Notes under the pieces: generated by a model
What the model was told of the DNA's origin: nothing
The model's database searches: none
Seen by the model: the letters and a program-made list of their open reading frames with translations, nothing else
Origin: a virus
Lineage: Duplodnaviria; Caudoviricetes
Length of the DNA: 26,221 bases
IMG/VR virus record: IMGVR_UViG_3300046830_000018
Location: 1 to 26,221 of that record
Direction: 5' to 3' (one strand)
Shown: in pieces, positions 1 through 9,656 of the stretch
Numbering within the stretch: the first letter of the stretch is position 1
Layout of the letters: each line of letters opens with the position of its first letter
Translations under genes and position numbers: made by a program

Positions 1-2
1 GA

Positions 3-1187
3 TGTACCCGTGCCGGTGTTGACGTAGAAGTCGCCGTTCCTCTTGGTCCCTGGCTCAGGGTCAGAGGTGGCATCGATCATCCCCTTGTAATCAACGCCAT
101 CACCCGGAGGGCCGATGGGCCCACGCTCTCCAACCGGGATGCCAAACGTGAATTGCAGATCGCTGTTGGCGTCAGCTGTGACTGCTGCAGTGGCCTGGCC
201 GATTGATCCGTCAGGGTTGTTCGCAACGTTGTTGGCTACAGCTGCATTGCCCTGCAGCCCAGGTGGCGGGCCAGGGACTGTGGAGTCTGCGCCGGTATCT
301 CCCTTGTCCCCCTTCTCCCCGGCGGGGATGCCAAACAGGAACTTCAGATCCTTGGTCGATGGGTCCTGGACGACATCAGCTGTTGCATCGCCAATCGAGC
401 CGTCCTCGTTAAGCGGGACCGTGGCAGCCGTGGCCGGTGGGTCCTGCAATCCAGGGGCAGGGCCAACTGGTCCTTGGTCGCCCTGCTCGCCCTTGGTAGA
501 TGCCTGCACCCATGCGGTGCCGTTCCAATAGAAGAAGCCAGGGATTGCAGTATCGGGGTTGATCCGCAGCTTGCCGACCTTGCCCGTAGTTCCTGCAGCG
601 GGATAGCCAATGCCATCTCCAATGTCCTGAGAGAAAGCAATATCAACTGCCTTCTCCGACAGAACCTTGGTGTCGCTGGTTAATGCGTTCGGGTCGTCAG
701 TTGACTTGGTCTCGTCGATAGAAACGACAGGAAGCTGATCGTCGGTGTTGTCGACCTGAATCGGCTCGACCCCCGTGACCAGCTTGACCGCTTCACCAAT
801 GACCGTGCCGTCAATGGAGCTGATCTCGTCCTCAAGCTCCTGGATGTTGTAGAGCCACTGAAGATCTGATTCGTTCAGATCTGCCGCAACGATGTAACTG
901 CCATCAGCCCACTGAACCAGCTGCTGATTCTCCGGGGTGTCTCTCTGAATCCGTAACGTCTGATCAGCAGTCGGCGCAGTGCCGAGCTTGACCTGCGTGT
1001 CCGTGACCCAAACGTATTCATCACCAACCGGAGAAGCGTTGGCGGTGTAGGTCAGCTTTGTCTCTGCCTTTGTCGCCGTATCAATTCGATAGACCTCAAC
1101 GTGCGCCCGCTGGAGAAAGGAGAAGCTGACGCCGAAGTCAACCTGCGACCCGTCTCCGGTGTAAGTATCAACTGCGTAGGTCGTCAT
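3..1187 (-). CDS. gp17: Tail fibre protein (T7 gp17-like N-terminal adaptor), runs off the left window edge
   Basis: Not in the ORF track. Manual translation from ATG 1187 is open to the edge: MTTYAVDTYTGDGSQVDFGVSFSFLQRAHVEVY...LRIQRDTP...WADGSYIVAADLNESDLQWLYNIQE (gp17 N-terminal pattern), then collagen-like Gly-X-Y runs. Follows the internal virion genes. Confidence 0.92.
   Translation of the reverse strand, partial: MTTYAVDTYTGDGSQVDFGVSFSFLQRAHVEVYRIDTATKAETKLTYTANASPVGDEYVWVTDTQVKLGTAPTADQTLRIQRDTPENQQLVQWADGSYIVAADLNESDLQWLYNIQELEDEISSIDGTVIGEAVKLVTGVEPIQVDNTDDQLPVVSIDETKSTDDPNALTSDTKVLSEKAVDIAFSQDIGDGIGYPAAGTTGKVGKLRINPDTAIPGFFYWNGTAWVQASTKGEQGDQGPVGPAPGLQDPPATAATVPLNEDGSIGDATADVVQDPSTKDLKFLFGIPAGEKGDKGDTGADSTVPGPPPGLQGNAAVANNVANNPDGSIGQATAAVTADANSDLQFTFGIPVGERGPIGPPGDGVDYKGMIDATSDPEPGTKRNGDFYVNTGTGT
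102..464 (-). repeat. Two ~57-aa internal repeats in the tail fibre, each ending in collagen-like triplets
   Basis: GPAPGLQ...DGSIGDATA...DLKFLFGIPAGEKGDKGDTG (291-464) versus GPPPGLQ...DGSIGQATA...DLQFTFGIPVGERGPIGPPG (102-272). Confidence 0.85.
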
Positions 1188-1194
1188 CCCTGGG

Positions 1195-1210
1195 TTGCAC
1201 AGGTGCAGAC
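1195..1210 (-). promoter_or_regulatory. Conserved motif upstream of tail fibre (putative phage RNAP promoter/operator; phi17-equivalent position)
   Basis: GTCTGCACCTGTGCAA on the minus strand in the 41-bp intergenic gap, with a TACACT (-10-like) hexamer just upstream. The same core recurs at other intergenic sites. Confidence 0.6.
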
Positions 1211-1228
1211 CTCAGTGTATGTCGCTTG

Positions 1229-4200
1229 CTAGGGAGAGGAAAGGCTAGGCATCATTGCCTCAGCATCTTCCTGCCGGCGAACATCTTTTAGCTCCTGATT
1301 GGCGAGCGCCTTCGTCACAAACTCAGGGTGCTGTTGAGCCATGCGCTCGATCGCCTGACGGTCGTAATAGGTGATGACTGCATCCCAAACCTTGTAGACA
1401 CCACGCGGGTCGTTGATTGATTTCTTCCGCTCGCTTAGTGATTGCTCGCTGTACGGGCGTTGCTTGGCTGTGAGGCTGGGGCTGTTAGGGGAAGAAAGGT
1501 CAGCGCCGTAGTCAGGGTCTTGGCTTAATGCTGTCAACGCTTCCAGCAGCGTGTTGCCCTGGACATAGCGATCAATGTTGTAAACGGCGAAGCCGGTGTT
1601 AATCAAAGAGTTCTTCCCAAGCCAATAGCCAGCCGGTGCCTCACCTTTGATGGTGGTGAATTCTGCGTGCCAGGTGTTCTCCTCGTCCAGGCTCATCGTT
1701 GTTGAGCCACCGCCCTTGAGTGGAGTGTCGGAGGAAGAGATCTTGCCGCCGGGGTGAGGAGGCGCACCGAAGCCGTGCTTGTCCATCCAGCGATCCAGCG
1801 GCGTGTCGCTCGTCAAGATCGGGGCGAACGGTGCATTGGTGTCGTAGGGGATAGAGAACGGGCGCTTGAGGTCCCGACCCAACCAATCACGATTCCGCGC
1901 TTGATAGCCAGCAGTGCCCAGCAGTGGATAGTTCCGTGCAACTGCAGCACCAAACTGCTGGAACAGATTGAAGTTGGGGTCTTTGCCCAGGGCCTGAACC
2001 TCAACGTCACTCATCTCGCGGCGACCCTGCACCAATGCTGGGTCCTGTCCAGCACGCGAACCCCAGGTCAACGCACCAGATAAAGGCAAGGTGCCATTCA
2101 TCTGACGCGACATCAGATTCACCCAGTTGGTATTGCGGTTCGCTGCTGACGAGGTCATCCCATTGAACAGATCAACCACTCCACTCAGTGATTCCTTGTT
2201 GCCAATGATCCGGGCGTAGGACTTCACGATGCCGTCCATGAACTTGTTGAAGTCCTGGTCCTTAATCAGCCCCTCGTAAAACGCACGCTGCACATCAGCC
2301 TGCAGACCCATCAGGTCAACGATGTCGATTGAGCTGCCAGGGATGTTGATCTTGCTCATGCCCATCAGACCCAACGTCCCAATGGAGAACGAATAGGGCG
2401 GGGTCCGATCGCGCTGGCGCTTGTTTTGGTCAGGCACAAAGCTGCCGCCATCACTGAACAATCCGCGAGACCAAAGCTGATTCACGATCACTGCCATGCC
2501 AGCAGCAACGACAGTCCTGCCCCTGGCATCGGCCATCTCGTCTGCAGTGAATGGCAGCTCGGCACCAGACCGCTTGCCCTGAAGCTGGCGTGCCTCCCTC
2601 TGCAGCAGGTCAGCTGTCGAGATGAAAACATCACGGGACAGCAGCCACTTCAATCCGTTCCACGGCGTAGTGAACACCGGTAGGTTCCAACCAATTAGCG
2701 GGTTCTGCCTGGCACGATTCACGCCCTGGCCGATCGGATCGTCGAGAGGCTTGGTGAATGTGACCTCTTGCATCCGCTCAAGAGCAGCACGTCCTGCCGG
2801 GGTGTCAGGCCTAGGGACGCCGGCTTGATCGTTCATGATCTTCAGCCGCAGCGCTTCGTTCGACATGTCGCCGTACTGCTGAGCACCGGCCTGCCGACGC
2901 AGCTTCACCAGCTCGTCATCGGTCATGGCACCACTGAACACTGCCTGATCGGCAAGCTCATTGGCACGCTGTGCCACCCAGTCCGGCTTAGGGACATTGG
3001 GCTTTTCAGCCATGCCCTTCCATTCATCCAATGCCTGCAGCCAAGACGTGCTGCTGGCCGCCCAATCCTTAGCCATGTGGCGGGTGACTTCATCACCACT
3101 ACCCAGCAAGTGAAACGCTGGCATAAAGCCCGCTGTTGATCCCGTTGTCTTCTCGATGGCGGTGCCGAGCCAATAGCGAACCCCAAGGTTCAGCAAGTTC
3201 ATTGCCGCCACAGGGGATGCAGCTACGCCATCAATGAAGTTGGTGTTCCATGCCTCGACCAGGCTCTCCTTCACAAACTTGGTTTGGTCTGCGTTGTTCT
3301 GCTTTGCGTTCTGCAAAGAAAGAGGGTCAAGCCCCTCCTTCATGCCAAGCGACGTGAGCGTTGGCTTGCCGTTATTCAGCAGCTGGAACGCAGCGCCAAA
3401 CGCTTCGTTCATGCCCATGAACATGCGGCTCGCCGCAAACGTGGACATCTCATAGGCGTCCTTCACGCTGCCGGTCTTGAACGCTGCAGAAGCAAAGTCC
3501 TCAACACCCATGTAGGCATTGACCGCGGCGCCAGCCACTACGTTGCGCTGGATCCAGGTGTTGGGGCTGAGGAAGAAGTTGTCCTTCCGCAGGTTGTTCA
3601 ACAAACGAATCTGCGTGAAGAAGTTGGGCTCATCAATCGTGGCCTCAGCTGCAGCCAGCACTCGCTTGGCTGTTGCCACACGACGCAGCGCGTCAGCATC
3701 GCCGCTCTCGATTGCCTCCAATACCTGTGCCGCCAGGCTCCCCTCCCTGAGGGTGTCCATGTTCAGCTTGGAGACATCCTCAAAACTCAAGTTGTCGCCG
3801 CCCAGGTCCACTGCCTTGAACTCATCAAAGCTTCTGGCACGCAACGCCTGGCCAACCTTCCTGGCATACAGAGCATCCAGCTGCTCAAAGAAGTGCATGT
3901 ACTGCGATGCACGCGACAGCTCTGCTTTCTTCTGCGGGCTCAGACCAAACGATGAGATCAGATCCGCTGAGTCCTCCAGCATGTCGGCGTAATGCCGAGC
4001 GCTATCGCCTCGCATCTTGGTGATCAGCACCATCCGCAGTGGCAGCTTTGCTACCGCCCCGGTGTCCCTGGATAGACCACGGGCAATCTCCTCAACGTTG
4101 CCGCCCTGCAGTGCCACCTCTTGCAGCAGCTGGTCGCGTGCCACTTCTTCAGTGAACTTCTGCGCTAGTTCTTTACCTGCTGTGGAGTTAGCGCGACGAG

Positions 4201-4561
4201 CACCCGCCAACTCCAACAAGGCGTTGACGTTCTCATCGTTGAACTCCATCTGGGCGTAGTTGATGTTCAGCCCCTTGCTGCCCACTGGCTTGACCTTCTT
4301 GTCAAACCGTTCGCGCACCAGCTGACGCAACTGCTCCTCGCCCATAGCGATGTTGTCAGCTTCGACTTGGTCGTAAAACTCCTTGGCGTTAATACGAATC
4401 TTGGTGCCATCCACCATGGAGAAGGTGCGGAAGGTTGGCCCAGAACCAGCCTTCGCATCCAGCTCGGCTTCACCCTCAACAGTGCGCTGAAGCTTCTTTG
4501 CCTGGGCAAGACGCTCCTCAGCCGCGGCCAACCTTGCTTCGAGTTCTGAGCAATCAGCCAT
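1229..4561 (-). CDS. Large internal virion (core/ejection) protein, gp16-like, 1110 aa
   Basis: Last large helical ORF before the tail fibre, the gp16 position. No catalytic motif recognised. Confidence 0.7.
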   Translation of the reverse strand: MADCSELEARLAAAEERLAQAKKLQRTVEGEAELDAKAGSGPTFRTFSMVDGTKIRINAKEFYDQVEADNIAMGEEQLRQLVRERFDKKVKPVGSKGLNINYAQMEFNDENVNALLELAGARRANSTAGKELAQKFTEEVARDQLLQEVALQGGNVEEIARGLSRDTGAVAKLPLRMVLITKMRGDSARHYADMLEDSADLISSFGLSPQKKAELSRASQYMHFFEQLDALYARKVGQALRARSFDEFKAVDLGGDNLSFEDVSKLNMDTLREGSLAAQVLEAIESGDADALRRVATAKRVLAAAEATIDEPNFFTQIRLLNNLRKDNFFLSPNTWIQRNVVAGAAVNAYMGVEDFASAAFKTGSVKDAYEMSTFAASRMFMGMNEAFGAAFQLLNNGKPTLTSLGMKEGLDPLSLQNAKQNNADQTKFVKESLVEAWNTNFIDGVAASPVAAMNLLNLGVRYWLGTAIEKTTGSTAGFMPAFHLLGSGDEVTRHMAKDWAASSTSWLQALDEWKGMAEKPNVPKPDWVAQRANELADQAVFSGAMTDDELVKLRRQAGAQQYGDMSNEALRLKIMNDQAGVPRPDTPAGRAALERMQEVTFTKPLDDPIGQGVNRARQNPLIGWNLPVFTTPWNGLKWLLSRDVFISTADLLQREARQLQGKRSGAELPFTADEMADARGRTVVAAGMAVIVNQLWSRGLFSDGGSFVPDQNKRQRDRTPPYSFSIGTLGLMGMSKINIPGSSIDIVDLMGLQADVQRAFYEGLIKDQDFNKFMDGIVKSYARIIGNKESLSGVVDLFNGMTSSAANRNTNWVNLMSRQMNGTLPLSGALTWGSRAGQDPALVQGRREMSDVEVQALGKDPNFNLFQQFGAAVARNYPLLGTAGYQARNRDWLGRDLKRPFSIPYDTNAPFAPILTSDTPLDRWMDKHGFGAPPHPGGKISSSDTPLKGGGSTTMSLDEENTWHAEFTTIKGEAPAGYWLGKNSLINTGFAVYNIDRYVQGNTLLEALTALSQDPDYGADLSSPNSPSLTAKQRPYSEQSLSERKKSINDPRGVYKVWDAVITYYDRQAIERMAQQHPEFVTKALANQELKDVRRQEDAEAMMPSLSSP

Positions 4562-7232
4562 TGCAGGTAGCCCTCTCTAGTTGCTTCTTAAGCGCTGCGA
4601 CTTCCGCCTCAGCTTTGCCCGTAGTTTCGCGTGCCTTCTTCACCTGTGTCGATGTTGTCGTTTTCTTCTTTCTCTTCTTGGCCTCGGGTTTTGGCTTAAC
4701 CACCGCTGCTTGCTCTGCACTGATGTTGCCTTCGGGGGTCCACTCCAGCAACGCAGTCAGAGGCGTGTCGACCATTTGCTGCTCAACAACATCTGGTGAA
4801 TCAATTGCTGTGACCTCACCAGGGGTCTGCCGATAAAGACCACGCTCCTCAAACGCCTTCTTCTTCTCCTCCCAGGTCATTATCTTCCAGTTGTTCTTTG
4901 CCCACATCGCTTCATCACTGGCTTTCTTGGCAGCGCCGTCCATCTCGGCCCAACCAAACCGCTGCCGCACCTCCTCGATCAACGCATCAGCACTGCGGCC
5001 GCCAGCCTTGTAAGTAGGCAGCTCGCCACTGGCGTAGCGGATCATCGTCTGCCCGTCGTCATCCACGTCAAACAAGGTTTCGAGTAGCTGGCCTTGGTTG
5101 AACTCAGCAGTTGGCAAGCTGTCAGGGATAGGGCTGACATCTGCCTGGACTTCACCGTTCTCCAGTGCGGACTCCAGGATCTTGCGCTTCATCTCCTCCC
5201 GCGCTTCGTTCGTCAGACCGCGAGGGGCATAGGCCGGTGGGGCATCCAGGTTCAGGTTTTGCTGCAGCCCCTCAATCGGCAGCTGCTCAGGCTGCACCGC
5301 ATAACGCTTGGTACGGGAGGCGTACTCCACCAACGCATCGACGATGTCTGACTTCTTGGCGTTCCACACCCGGCGGCCAGTCCGTACTTTCAGGATTGCC
5401 GCCACCTCAGGGCTGTTGTTTGGTGAAGACATGCCACGCAGGATGTCCCGGTTCCAGCCTGAGATGTCCGCCCGGTATGCCTCCAGTGAGGGGTAGCCAC
5501 CTTCTGCCCGAGAAGGTCGCCACATCTCAGTAGCTTCGTCCCACTCCATGTCGCGGATAGGAGGCAGCTCAATGCCCGACTCGGGGGCCAGATCCAGCGT
5601 CTGCTGCAACATCAGACCCAGCTGCTCACCGACGTTCTCAGCCTTCAGCGGGTCAGCAGTGATATTGCTCAACTGCATCCGTGCTGCCTCCAGCTCAGCG
5701 TTGGCCTTGTTCAGCAAACGCTTAGAGCCCTGTTCGGTCAGCCTGCCCTTCTTGCCTTCGGGCAATGCCAGCCGCTCATTGATGCTCTCGATCTGCAGCG
5801 TGGCGTCATCCACTCGGGCCTGCGCTGCTTGCAGCACTTGCTCACGTTGAATCAACTGCTCTTTGGTGCTGACCCTGGGCAGCAGTTCCTTCAGTTGGTC
5901 GTCACTCAGTTCATCCAGTTCAGCCAGGTAGGTGCTGATCTCTGGCCGGGGGTCTGGTGCATCACCAAACGAGCCGAGGTCAAGCGCAGCTTGCTTAGGG
6001 CGCTGGCGATAGTGAACGCCCTCTTCCATCTCAGGGCCGCTGACCACAGTGCCTTCACCGTCAGGGTTGTCCACCCGTGGCAGCGGAGTGCCGTCCTCGC
6101 GAAACGCAGCGCCTGCGCCAGTGACATCCAGCTGAAGCTGACCCTCACCACCCTCGAACGTCTTCAGTCCGGGGAACATGGTGTTGATCCTGTCCCGCTG
6201 CTGCTGCACCTGCTGCACCTGCAGGTTGCTTGAAGTGCTGCGATCAATAGCTGAGTCACCAACTGCTGCAGGCAGTAATGGCTGCGTGATGCCACGCGGC
6301 ACATACGGTGCCAGCTCAACGTCAGCGATCTCATCGAGGTTCCAAGCCAGATCACCGTCAGCCAGACGACGGGTCCATGGGGTCAGCTGACCAGCACCGA
6401 TCAAGGTGAGAGGCAGCAAGACGCCATCGGCGATCAGCTTGTTGCCAAGGTTCTCGAAATAGCTGTTGTCCTCCCTTGCGGACAGCGGGTTCTGGCCAAA
6501 CAAATCAGCAGAGTTGCCGAAGTCGGCGTCCTGATACAGCGCAGCCAGAGACGTGTCGATCATTGCCTCACCACCCCACCGGACAGTGTTCAGCGCACGC
6601 CGTGTTGTCTGGTTGGTCTTGGCTGCAACTGCCAGCCGGCGCACTGCTTGCGTCTGCTTTAGCCGGTTGGTCAGGCTTAAAAGCTGCGGGACGCGCTTCA
6701 GCAGCGTGCTGCCAGTGACAAAACCAGCCAGCTCACCAGCAGATTCCGCCCCAATCTCGTAACCGAACTTGTCAGCAGGAGTGTCGGCGGTATCGCCCTC
6801 CCGCAACGGGTTGATTTGCTTCAGCGGCTCAGATGAGATCTGCCAAGCAGGAGTGTCATCAACCGGTGCCCCAAACGTTTCCTGGGCAAACCAGTCCATG
6901 CCGGCGTTGCCCAGCTTGAGCAATGCGTTGGGGACGCCGAGCAACATCCCCTCGCCCACGCTAGGCGCAGTCATTGTGTTCATGAACTGAGCCAACGGCC
7001 GAGCCCAGCCGGAGGCATCTTCAAACCGCTGGTTCTTCAGTGCCCTCAATTCACTAGGGCTCATCTGTTCGAGCTTGTCCTGAGGCAGTGGCCCCTGGCT
7101 ATTGCCAACGTTGGTCCGCAGGCTGTCAGTCAACTGGCCACCCTTGGCTTCGGGGTAGCCAAACTCGATGGGCTTGAGTTGATCAAGCTCCTCGTCGCTC
7201 AGCTCAGGCAGTTCGGGAAGTTGAAAGTCCAT
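4554..7232 (-). CDS. Internal virion protein, 892 aa (additional core protein or N-terminal part of a split gp16)
   Basis: Lies between the gp15-like and gp16-like genes. Acidic/helical, Gly-rich hydrophobic N-terminal region, Lys-rich C-terminus. 8-bp ATGGCTGA overlap with the next gene. Confidence 0.6.
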   Translation of the reverse strand: MDFQLPELPELSDEELDQLKPIEFGYPEAKGGQLTDSLRTNVGNSQGPLPQDKLEQMSPSELRALKNQRFEDASGWARPLAQFMNTMTAPSVGEGMLLGVPNALLKLGNAGMDWFAQETFGAPVDDTPAWQISSEPLKQINPLREGDTADTPADKFGYEIGAESAGELAGFVTGSTLLKRVPQLLSLTNRLKQTQAVRRLAVAAKTNQTTRRALNTVRWGGEAMIDTSLAALYQDADFGNSADLFGQNPLSAREDNSYFENLGNKLIADGVLLPLTLIGAGQLTPWTRRLADGDLAWNLDEIADVELAPYVPRGITQPLLPAAVGDSAIDRSTSSNLQVQQVQQQRDRINTMFPGLKTFEGGEGQLQLDVTGAGAAFREDGTPLPRVDNPDGEGTVVSGPEMEEGVHYRQRPKQAALDLGSFGDAPDPRPEISTYLAELDELSDDQLKELLPRVSTKEQLIQREQVLQAAQARVDDATLQIESINERLALPEGKKGRLTEQGSKRLLNKANAELEAARMQLSNITADPLKAENVGEQLGLMLQQTLDLAPESGIELPPIRDMEWDEATEMWRPSRAEGGYPSLEAYRADISGWNRDILRGMSSPNNSPEVAAILKVRTGRRVWNAKKSDIVDALVEYASRTKRYAVQPEQLPIEGLQQNLNLDAPPAYAPRGLTNEAREEMKRKILESALENGEVQADVSPIPDSLPTAEFNQGQLLETLFDVDDDGQTMIRYASGELPTYKAGGRSADALIEEVRQRFGWAEMDGAAKKASDEAMWAKNNWKIMTWEEKKKAFEERGLYRQTPGEVTAIDSPDVVEQQMVDTPLTALLEWTPEGNISAEQAAVVKPKPEAKKRKKKTTTSTQVKKARETTGKAEAEVAALKKQLERATCNG

Positions 7233-7235
7233 GGA

Positions 7236-9650
7236 TCAGGCCTGCGGAATAGGGGTCTGGAAGTTGGGTGCCGGTTCTCTGCCGTCAGGCCCCCAGCCCA
7301 TGCCGGGGATGCGTTGCACTGGGGTGTATGGACCTTGGGCTGGGCCCTGCTCACCACCCGGCAAGCGGCTGATCTCCACTGGCATCACCAACTGGTTCAG
7401 CCATGCGCCAGGCGACCGTGACGTAGACGACTGATCGCCATACGTCGCGGCCGGAGTGCTGTTTGTTTTCTGCTGCTGCAGTGACTTCTCAAGCCAGCCC
7501 CGGTACGCGCCAGTCGGGTCCAGCGTTGGCCCGTAGAACTTCAGCTGCTCAAGCAGGTAACGATGCGGCTTAACTCCAGCAGCCTTCGCCAGCCCTTTCA
7601 GCTCTGTGCTGCCAGCCACCGTGCCCCCGCGGATTGAACTCAGCTCACTGCGCACCCACCTGGCGTTCATCACCGGCTTGTCGACGTAAGAGCTGGCTTG
7701 CTCTGGGGTCACACTGCTGGCCGCAGCCTTGGGGACTGGGCCAGTCTTTGGGTCCTGATTGACCTGCGGCGGTGGAGTTGATTCACCCTGCTGCAGCGCT
7801 TTGTCTTTGGCCTTTTTGAATGCCTCCGACTTGCGCACCGCCTCGGCAGAGTCCGAGATGATCTGCGCCTCAGTCCCAGGGTCAACCCGCATCCCAGGGT
7901 TTTGGCCCCGCCATTCATTGAGGCGCTTCATGTACTCCTGGGTGTGGAGCCTGTTCACCGTGTTGCCAAACGCCCGGTAACGCTGCTCTGACTGTGTTGG
8001 CGCAGCGCCGTTGCGGTTGATCCATGTCCCGTTCTGGAACCCTGTTGCGCCCTTAAGCCCAGCAATTGACGGGTCAGCCAGGTCCTCTTTGACTTGATTG
8101 TTGATTGCAGAACGCATCGCTGAGTTCTTAGGCAGCCCTGCAAATTGCTCCCGCTTCTTGTTAATAATTCCGATGTATTCCTTATATGCTTTCTCTCTTA
8201 GTTCTTCGGTCGGCTCACGCATTGCAGCCTGACGGGCCAGTGAATTAACAGTGTTCATCATGTCTACCGACTGAACATCTCCTGGCGTCAGGTTGTTCAG
8301 CGCTTCTTCAAACAATGCCTTCTCCTCGAAGGACATCGGGTTGGCACCGCCGTTACCTTCAGCAACAGCTCGGTCATCAGCGATGCGGTCACGGATAAAC
8401 CCTGCGGTGTCTCGATAGTTTTCGGCTTCAAGCTCCGCCTCACGTAGTTTCAGCTCGTCTTGGTACTCAGGGCTATCCACCTGCAGGCCAGACATCGTCT
8501 GGTTCCACCGCTGTTCGGCACTGTCTTTGATTGATTGCTGCTGTGCCTCGTAAGCGTCACTCCTTAGCGTCAGCGCCTTGTTGCTGTAATCCTGCAGTTC
8601 AAACGGATTGGCATCAATCCACCGTGGACGTTTATCCATCGGCAGGTTGACACTGCCAAGGCGGATATTGTCAATTGCGGTCGTCGCTCCAGGTGTATTG
8701 GAGTTGTAAAGCAAGCCAAGGTTTTCTCGTATGGATTGCAGTGCCTTGGTCTTATCGTCACCGCCAAGCAGTGACACACCCTTGTCAATCTCCTGCGTCA
8801 GTTTGATGCCTGCATAGTTCCCAAAACGTGGGTCGCCAGGCATCACCCGCTCACCAGTTTGCAGCAACACGCCTTCAGTAAGAAGCGAACTCAAAGCTGT
8901 CTTGACTGCTGCACCAGTCAGTGCGGTCGAACTGCGATAAACCTCAGCTGAATACAGCTCACTCTGCTTCTGGGTGAACTTGTCCCAGCTCTTGTTGATC
9001 TGCGGAGAGACGTAATAAGAAGACTCAAGTTCATCGCCAGAAAGGCCAAAGTCAGAGAGGACGCCTTGCGTCAGCTCTGCCTTGCGCTGCATCAGCTCGG
9101 GGCTGCCGGGCGCCATCGTGGCCAGCATCCCTGCGTTCTGAGCCAGCTCTGCATTGAACCGTGCAGAGACTTCGCCAGCAGCAAGCTGTGCCAATGCACG
9201 CTTGCGGCCAATCAGCTTCCAGGGGTTTGCTTCCTTGGCAAGCGTTGCGCCAATCGGGTCAACCTTCCCTAGCGCAGTAATCGTCTCCGCTGCGTCTGCT
9301 GCACCAGCCTCTTGGTTCTGCTGCATCTGCAGCTTTGCCCTGAGCTGTTCATTCTTCAGCTCGTCGTAATAGCCATCCTCAATGTTGTTGATGGCGTACT
9401 GACGGAACCCTTTCTTGACAGCGCCATCCAGCTGCTTACTGAATGGCTTCAGTGCAGATGTCAGCTGTTCCCACTGGTTGAAACCAGCAACGCTGCTGGT
9501 GCCGGCTTGCTGCTGGGTGACAATCCCCCGGCCAATCTGGACCTGCGACTGCTGCGTTGGGCCAGCAATGTTGCTTTGCCCAGGCTGAACAAAGGCATTC
9601 AGCGGGCGGGCTTGAGGCTGAATCGAACCATTAAAAAGACGTTGTGCCAT
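7236..9650 (-). CDS. Internal virion protein, gp15-like, 804 aa
   Basis: Position after the gp14-like gene, size close to gp15, Pro/Gln-rich N-terminus followed by helical body (WEQLTSALKPFSKQL). Confidence 0.7.
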   Translation of the reverse strand: MAQRLFNGSIQPQARPLNAFVQPGQSNIAGPTQQSQVQIGRGIVTQQQAGTSSVAGFNQWEQLTSALKPFSKQLDGAVKKGFRQYAINNIEDGYYDELKNEQLRAKLQMQQNQEAGAADAAETITALGKVDPIGATLAKEANPWKLIGRKRALAQLAAGEVSARFNAELAQNAGMLATMAPGSPELMQRKAELTQGVLSDFGLSGDELESSYYVSPQINKSWDKFTQKQSELYSAEVYRSSTALTGAAVKTALSSLLTEGVLLQTGERVMPGDPRFGNYAGIKLTQEIDKGVSLLGGDDKTKALQSIRENLGLLYNSNTPGATTAIDNIRLGSVNLPMDKRPRWIDANPFELQDYSNKALTLRSDAYEAQQQSIKDSAEQRWNQTMSGLQVDSPEYQDELKLREAELEAENYRDTAGFIRDRIADDRAVAEGNGGANPMSFEEKALFEEALNNLTPGDVQSVDMMNTVNSLARQAAMREPTEELREKAYKEYIGIINKKREQFAGLPKNSAMRSAINNQVKEDLADPSIAGLKGATGFQNGTWINRNGAAPTQSEQRYRAFGNTVNRLHTQEYMKRLNEWRGQNPGMRVDPGTEAQIISDSAEAVRKSEAFKKAKDKALQQGESTPPPQVNQDPKTGPVPKAAASSVTPEQASSYVDKPVMNARWVRSELSSIRGGTVAGSTELKGLAKAAGVKPHRYLLEQLKFYGPTLDPTGAYRGWLEKSLQQQKTNSTPAATYGDQSSTSRSPGAWLNQLVMPVEISRLPGGEQGPAQGPYTPVQRIPGMGWGPDGREPAPNFQTPIPQA

Positions 9651-9656
9651 GGCTCA

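Noticed and set aside
8161-8220. Locally AT-rich patch in the gp15-like gene (24/60 GC)
   Set aside because: Short, in frame and explained by Lys/Ile/Asn/Tyr codons; no sign of insertion.
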